DNA from: Octopus vulgaris | Taxonomy: Eukaryota | Assembly (NCBI GenBank): GCA_951406725.2 | Contig: OX597820.1 | Location: forward strand, 32,798,001 to 32,862,000 | Direction: 5' to 3' | DNA length: 64,000 bases | In this document: in pieces, positions 57,255-64,000 of the stretch | Layout: each line of letters begins with the position of its first letter | How positions within the stretch are numbered: the first letter of the stretch is position 1 | Translations under genes and position numbers: made by a program | The notes under the pieces: generated by a model | What the model was told of the DNA's origin: nothing | Databases searched by the model: none | Seen by the model: only the letters and a program-made list of their open reading frames with translations

Positions 57255-57700
57255 GAAGGTGACGAACTGGGAGAATCGTTAGCACGCAGAGCGAAATGCT
57301 TAGCGGCATTTCGTCCGTCTTTACTCCACGTTCAAATTCCGCCGAGGTCGACTTTGTCTTTCATCCTTTTGGGGTCGATAAAATAAGTACCAGTTGATCA
57401 CTGGTGTCGGCATAATCGACCACCCCTCCCCTAAAATGTCTGGCCTTGTGCCAAAATTTGAAACCAGTATAAAAAGGAAGTAAGGTGTCGAACTGGCAGA
57501 TTCGTTACCGCGCCAGGAAACTGCTTAGCAGCATTTCGTTCTGACTTAATGTTCTGAGTTCAAATGCCGCCTAGGCCAACTTGCCATTCATCCTTTCGGG
57601 GCCGATAAAATAAGTACCAGTTGAATACTAGGGGTGATATAATTGTTTTTGCTTCTCCGCCGAAATTGCTTGCCTTGTGCCAAAATTTGTAACCAATATA
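57255..57700 (+). mobile_element. Two tandem family-N SINEs
   Basis: ttcatcctttcggggccgataaaataagtaccagttga-type motif twice. Confidence 0.9.
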
Positions 57701-58877
57701 TAAAGGGAAAACAAATTGGATAATGTGATTCTAAATAGAATACTACAGGTAGAGAATAAATTTTCCAGCAGGTCCCGAAGCTTTTCCGGATTGATGATTC
57801 TTTTCGAACCAAGGGTGGTTGTCTTAGTCTACACACTCTAAATTAACCCTTTGATTTCATAATTAAATTCCATGATCATCTCGTAGTGAATCCATTAAGA
57901 AATATCCACTCAAAACAGAACTGATATTCTATGCTTCTGCAATACATTTTCAGTATCTTCTGTAGGTACTGTTTTCATATCCACCACTAGAATTATGCAG
58001 AGGGATATTTGATGGAATGTATGAGGAAAATTAAAATCTGAAAAACTATCATTCGTAAAAGGTATTACTGGAGTTTTTTGTTTTTTTTCAAAGCTGCATG
58101 GTAAGACCGCTTTTCGAAGTGAAGGGTAATATAATTTTGGGCAATCTTTTATCTTTTACTTGTTTCAGCAATTAGAGTGCGGCCATGCTGGAGCACTACC
58201 TTGAAGAATTTTTAGTCAAATGGACTCCAGTACTTATTTTTCTTTTAAGCCTGGTACTTATTCTATCGGTTGCTTTTGAACAAAAGCACTTGTTGAAGAT
58301 GTCATGCATTGAAATTGAACTCAAAACCTCATGATTAAGTATACCGCTGAAGCACTTGGCTATTTCTATGTCCATAGCGATAACATGTGCTCAAAGGCCG
58401 TGTTACTGCACTCCTCATTTATCGGTATATTCTCGGGTCCTCTCGGACGATCCACCGAGCTGAATCCCATTCAGTTCCCTTCTCTACGAGATACCGCCTC
58501 ATCTACCGTGACCATGTCGGATGCGGTCGGCCAACACGATCTGTCGACCCAGCCGGATCCTCAGAGAAGAAAACACGGTAAGCAAGCAGGGTCTATCTTG
58601 GAAAATCGAACAACATGGTCAAACATCCTGAGCTGGCGCTCCCGTATCCTACAAGTAACAGGGTGCACTCCCAATTTCTGAACAGAGTCGTTGGTTGGAT
58701 ACGAAATCCATTTAACGGTAACCCAAAATCCTGCGAAGCATTGTGGGTTGTGAGACTTGGATACTGTCTGGGAACCTTAGGAGCTGCCTGAACTTCTTTG
58801 GGACAAGGACGCTTGGCAGAATTACAGTACTTAAAGAACTAACATATTTGACCATTATTATAGAGAGAAGAAAATAG

Positions 58878-59305
58878 AAGGCGATGAGCCGGCAGAAGCG
58901 TTAGTATGCCGGACAAAATACCTAACAGCATTTCTTACGTTCCTTCGGTTCCCAGCTCAACTTTACTTTTCATCCTTTCGGGATCGATGAAATAAGTACC
59001 AGTTGAGCACTGGGATCAATGTAATCAACAAGCTCCACTCTCCCCAAAATTTCAGACCTTGTACTAAAATTTAAAACTATTATTATGGAAGGGAGAGAAG
59101 GCGACGAGATGGCAGAAGCGTTAACATGCCGGACAAAAATACTAAGCGCCACTTCTTCAGGCCTCACGCCCTGAGTTCAAAATTCGCCGAGGTCTACTTT
59201 GTGTTTCTTCCTTACGAGATCCTTAAAACAAGTACCAGCTGAGTACTGGAGTTGAGCACTCCTTCAAAATTTCAGGCCTTGTGCTTTGAGTAGAAAGGAT
59301 TATTA
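58878..59305 (+). mobile_element. Two tandem family-N SINEs
   Basis: ggcagaagcgtta..atgccggacaaaa heads twice. Confidence 0.85.
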
Positions 59306-60204
59306 TGGAGAGGAAAAGCTGCACGAAGTTGCAATCCCGCGAAGCAGCATTCGTGTATGTTGACTATGCTAGCACCGGGTTCCAACCGTCATGAAGGGAG
59401 AAAAGGAAGTGCCCATGACCCTTTACAAGGCCTCTTAGACTGGTGGGAGGGCGTGGCGGAAGGTAACTTCAAACTGGAGATATGACCCAAACTCATACAA
59501 CAGAGTGGACCCTGCTAAAGGCGCTTAGGATTCCAAGTAGTAGTTGCAGATTGGATGAAGAACTAAACCTACCAGCTATGTAGGCCATGGCGGGAACCGA
59601 ACTCAGAAACCCAAAAGTCAGAAGAAATCTCTGTAAGATATCCGGTTCGACATGTCTATAATTGCGCCACTCAGCCGCACGGGATTGGTACTTTAATTTA
59701 TCGACCCCCCAAAAGGAGAAAGCGCAAGGTTGATCTGGGCGGGATCACAGGAGGACCTCAATGAGATTTGAACTCGTGTTCTGCACGAAAACTCGCGCCT
59801 CTTGAGTCACTTTGTGACTCCCTGGCAATAAAAGATATCAAAATAACTATGTATTGATATGTAGATAGGTACCTACACACACACACACACACACACATAC
59901 ACACACACACACAAGCACGCACGCACACACACACATACAACAGGATTCTGTACAGTGTCCATCAGCATATTAATCAGGCGAAGGTTAGAATAGATCTGCT
60001 CACAGGACCGTGCGGTGTAGTGAGAACGAATCCGGAACCAAGTAATTTTGAAGCGGACTCCTTAACCAAATTACCATGCCTGCATCCACCTTACAATACA
60101 GTTTCTGGCCACCACTGCTGGATACAAACTAATTAACAAGATTTTCATGTGTTCACTTCAAACAAATCTTATAGAACCAACAGAAGAATCCGATAGCTGT
60201 TCCA

Positions 60205-60705
60205 TATATCATTCTGTAATGCTCCTGGATAAACCATCGGTGATTATTTCTTGGGGCCATTAGGTGTTTCAAGTCAGTCAACATCAGACGCCCACCTCCA
60301 CTCAAACGACCCAACCGGAAGTTGATGAAACCCTAACTTGTCTACAGTTAGGACTACAACTGGTAGTACTAATCCTTCCAGGGTTCGAATTTCCTGATCC
60401 ACATCCACTTTGAGACAACCTCTACAGCTTCCACAACTGTCCTGATGGCATTCTGTCTACTGGCTCTTGTGATGCTAAGCGTGTTATATGCTCTGCAGAG
60501 GGACTGGCCCGCAATCCTTCAGTATTCAACCTCTATGGGACCACACGTTGCTTGTTACCGGTTCCTTTGGCAAAAATCCACTAAGTAGGCATATTCTCTC
60601 CTCTGACTCTCACCAGCTACCTCGATGCGGTTCTCTCAGGAAACGGAGAATTCTAACAGAACCGCCTGTTTAGATGCGACTGAAATCAGCACCATATTCG
60701 GCCTT
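60205..60705 (-). pseudogene. HERO-clade non-LTR retrotransposon 3' remnant (RLE plus 3' UTR)
   Basis: RPNMVLISVASKQAVLLEFSVS*ENRIE..GPIEVEY*RIAGQSLCRAYNTLSI..SKWMWIRKFEPW. Confidence 0.75.
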
Positions 60706-61321
60706 GTACTGCTAGAGATAACAGTAAAATCTCCTTAATTTAACAGTCTGTCGTCATCGTATTAGAAGGCGGATACATTATTGAAAGTTCGTTTATTCTT
60801 TTACGTTTTTAGCAGTTGGACTACAGCCATGCTGAGGCAGCGCCTTTAAGGGTCTGGTTAAACAACTTGACCCCAATACTTATTTGTTTTTCTTTATATT
60901 TGTTCTGTTGTTTTTTATAAGTATGGTGCATTTACTTTACCGGGTTCTTTTATTGTTGTCGGACCGTTATAGTTATAAAATGAAAATAACAACCTTAGGT
61001 GGTTGTCAAACAGTTGAGGCATAAACACAGCCACTAAAGCATACACACACACACAAACACACATACATGTGCACGTGTGTGTATATGTGTATAACGGGCT
61101 TCCACGCAGTTTCCACCAACCAAATTCATTCGCAAAGCATTGGTCCGTCCTGGGCTATAGTAGAAGACGTTTGTCCAAGGTACAACGCAGTGAGACTGAA
61201 CCTGAAAGCACGAGTTTACGAAGTGCTTGTATGTGTGTGTGTATACATGTGTGTATATATATATACTATATATATTTGTGTGTGTGTATACAGTCTTACA
61301 TTTCACTCTTCCGTTCAAGTA

Positions 61322-61463
61322 AATATATATTTCTTTACTACCCACAAGGGGCTAAACACAGAGGGGACAAACAAGGACAGACAAAGGGATTAAGTCGATT
61401 CCATCGACCTCAGTGCGTAACTGGTACTTAATTTATCGACTCCGAAAGGATGAAAGGCAAAGG
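61322..61463 (-). mobile_element. Family-N SINE 3' part, tail type 2
   Basis: Near-identical to 15580-15715. Confidence 0.85.
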
Positions 61464-62069
61464 ATGGTCACGGCAAGGATGTCTTCAATCAAAGATCTGT
61501 TCATTCAAGGTTGAACAGGAGCTAAGCTACAACAACAGTAACAATAACATTGTCAGTGGTCATTGTCACCCAGAAAAAGTAGAACGGCTCATAATGTTCA
61601 AAGTGCCGTAATTAATGATTTCAAATTTTGGCACAAGGCAAGCATTTTCGGGGTAGGAGATAAAGTGATTACATTGTCCCAGTGTTCAACTGGTACTTAT
61701 TTTATCAATCTTCATATTCACTACTCGCCCACCCCTATGATCTTACAATCGGACCACTCTCTCTTTATGCTGTCCACAGCTTTGTAACGGTAGTTGTATG
61801 ATATTTATTTAAAATATATGCGTGTGTGTGTGTGTGTGTGCGTACATTCTTACATATACAAACACACGACAATCTCCCCATTTATTTAGTAGCTAGCTGT
61901 TAGTCTTTCTGTGTGTGTGTGTATGTATATGTGTGAGTGTGCATGTATACATACATATGTGCACGCCTCCCCCCCTTATGGGAAATAAAGAAACAACATA
62001 TGTGCACGTGGATATGTATATATGCATACATGTATACATATTTGTATTTATATATATTTGTATATATAC

Positions 62070-62360
62070 CACCGTGATCACCGTGACCGACCAGGCTATC
62101 AGATGTTGCTACACAACGCTGGTCACAATGCGCTTCGCATTGTTTTAGCCTTCAAATGACGCCACCCCGCTGGCTAAGCGAGCAGGCCAACAGAAGAAAG
62201 AGTGCGAGAAAGTTGTGGATCGCCACCACCCCCTGTCAGAGCCTCGTAGAGCTTTAGGTGTTTTTCGCTCAATAAACACTCACAACCCCCGGTCTGGAAA
62301 TCGAAACCGCGATCCTACAACCGTGAGTCCGCTGCCCTAACCACTGGGCCATTGCGCCTT
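62070..62360 (-). mobile_element. OR-like SINE with the 20930-type head and a different 3' half
   Basis: Minus strand ggcgcaatggcccagtggttagggcagcggactcacgg. Confidence 0.85.
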
Positions 62361-62378
62361 CTTGTATATATGTGTGTT

Positions 62379-62409
<31 letters not shown>

Positions 62410-62463
62410 ATTGTGTATTTGTATGTATGCTTTTATGTATATACATATTTTATACATTATATA

Positions 62464-62505
<42 letters not shown>

Positions 62506-62689
62506 CTATCGATTTACGAGTGCGCATAGATGCTTACATACAAAACGATCAACTTGTGTTTACTTATAAATTCATTGCAAACAGTTAGTTAGCAAACCAC
62601 TGCTGTCACATCGTCACTAATCCAACGTTAGTAACACCAGAACAACACGCTCTTCGTGAAGCAAGCAGGCGAAGAGAGACTCCTCTGCA

Positions 62690-64000
62690 AAGCACAATAC
62701 ATCTTGCTAGAAGTAGCAGCCAATTTTCCCTCATATTAATCACACCTTGCTGCCCTAAGAAAAGAATGAAAAATAAGTTATACATCAGATGTAGTATTCC
62801 TAGATATACTATGCCTGATAACACTTCGTGGAGCAAGCTGACCAAGAGAGCCTTTATACAACCACTCGTCCTACTAGAACAAACAGCTAATTTTCACTCA
62901 TATTAATCGCATCTGGTCTGTTAGGAAAATAATAAATAAATGAGTGGCACACTGGATGATGTACTCCTAGGTACACTATGGAACGTTGTCAGAAAAACAT
63001 CTTTAATCGGGTGTCTGCTGGAACATGACTGACCCGGGGCTAAACAGCAATCCCTTACACCTACCTTCTTAAAGAAGTATTGAAAAATGTGTAGCACATA
63101 GGATGATGTATTCCTTGATATTCTATGCCCGATGAAAAATATAGGATGTTTATTGTTGGAAAAGAAGATCGTTGATCGTGTTTCTACTGGAACAGGACTG
63201 ACCTGGGGCTAAACAGCAGTTTATCACCTCTACCGCCTCAAGGAAGTAATGAAAAATGTGCGACACATTGGATGAGGTATTCCTAGATACACTATGACTG
63301 ATGAAAAATGTAGGATGTTTACTGTTGGAAAGAAACTTTTGATCGTGCGTTTACTGGAACAGGACTGTCCTGGTGTTAAACGACAATTTCCTCGCGACGT
63401 AGCATTATACTATGCCAGACAGCTTGCAAACCTCTATGTGATCGTACCATCTGCTAGAAGTAGCAGCTAAATTTGCCTCAAATTGCGGCCAGTCGTTTAC
63501 CACATCGAGACAAAATGTTAGAATAAGTCTAGCTTTAGGTACACTGCAAGTAAGTAGAGGCAGCTATGATTGGAGCGTCTTTTGTCATCTGCCCCTTGGA
63601 CGAAGGATGATTCGGAACTAAATGACAACGTTACAGCTACACAGTATCACTTTATGTAACACTTCGCGTCAATGAGAGAGCCTATATGTGGTCACTGGAG
63701 TTGCTAAAAATAACAGGTGAACTTCCCTCAAATCACATCCTACCGTCTACGCCTTGTGAAAGTACAGAACGCCATTGTATAAAGTAGTAGTTTTATATAC
63801 TACTAAAAACAAAGTGGATTGACCAAGGGTTGACCAAGCACAACAGTATATCATCTAAGGAGTCTCTACGTAAGCGATAAATCTATTAGAAACAGCAGCT
63901 ATTTTTTTTTTCAGCATTTTACACCCTATCGTTTATAATATTAAAGAAAAGGAGACTGGACACAGTAAGTAATGTAGTCCCAGATAGCATGAAAACGAAA
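62690..64000 (+). repeat. Head-to-tail array of an old ~170-190-bp repeat (six or more degenerate units)
   Basis: Recurrent gctagaa(g/a)tagcagc, attcctagatacactatg and gacctggggctaaac motifs; dispersed copies at about 53835, 54300 and 57200. Confidence 0.7.

Noticed and set aside
62690-64000. CRISPR-like repeat-spacer appearance
   Set aside because: Long degenerate eukaryotic repeat units, with no identical short repeats or cas genes

Overview
This is repeat-saturated, AT-rich metazoan non-coding DNA. The SINE families and the dense (TA)n/(CA)n/(TATG)n/(GATA)n/(TAA)n microsatellites suggest an octopod cephalopod (inference). I find no supportable host protein-coding gene; almost all listed ORFs are microsatellite read-throughs. 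Real coding remnants are all non-LTR retrotransposons: CR1-group LINEs (one young 3' fragment and one decayed near-full copy with a CCCH ORF1), R4/Dong-type and HERO-type RLE fragments, and RTE fragments. Dozens of tRNA-derived SINEs, a Helitron-type mini-element and a pogo/Tigger-type MITE are also present. The main unexplained signal is a set of non-coding mini-elements inserted in or beside (TA)n-type microsatellites that carry type I hammerhead ribozyme (HHR) folds. At least 12 HHR-like motifs from about 7 unrelated families are visible, and 5 have a fully canonical CUGANGA/GAAAC/GUH core. Several have an unusually long structured stem II, and several elements form head-to-head inverted repeats with one extended arm. 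This fits non-autonomous Penelope-like (retrozyme-like) elements that target microsatellites. All folds and alignments were done by eye, and boundaries are approximate unless motifs are quoted.
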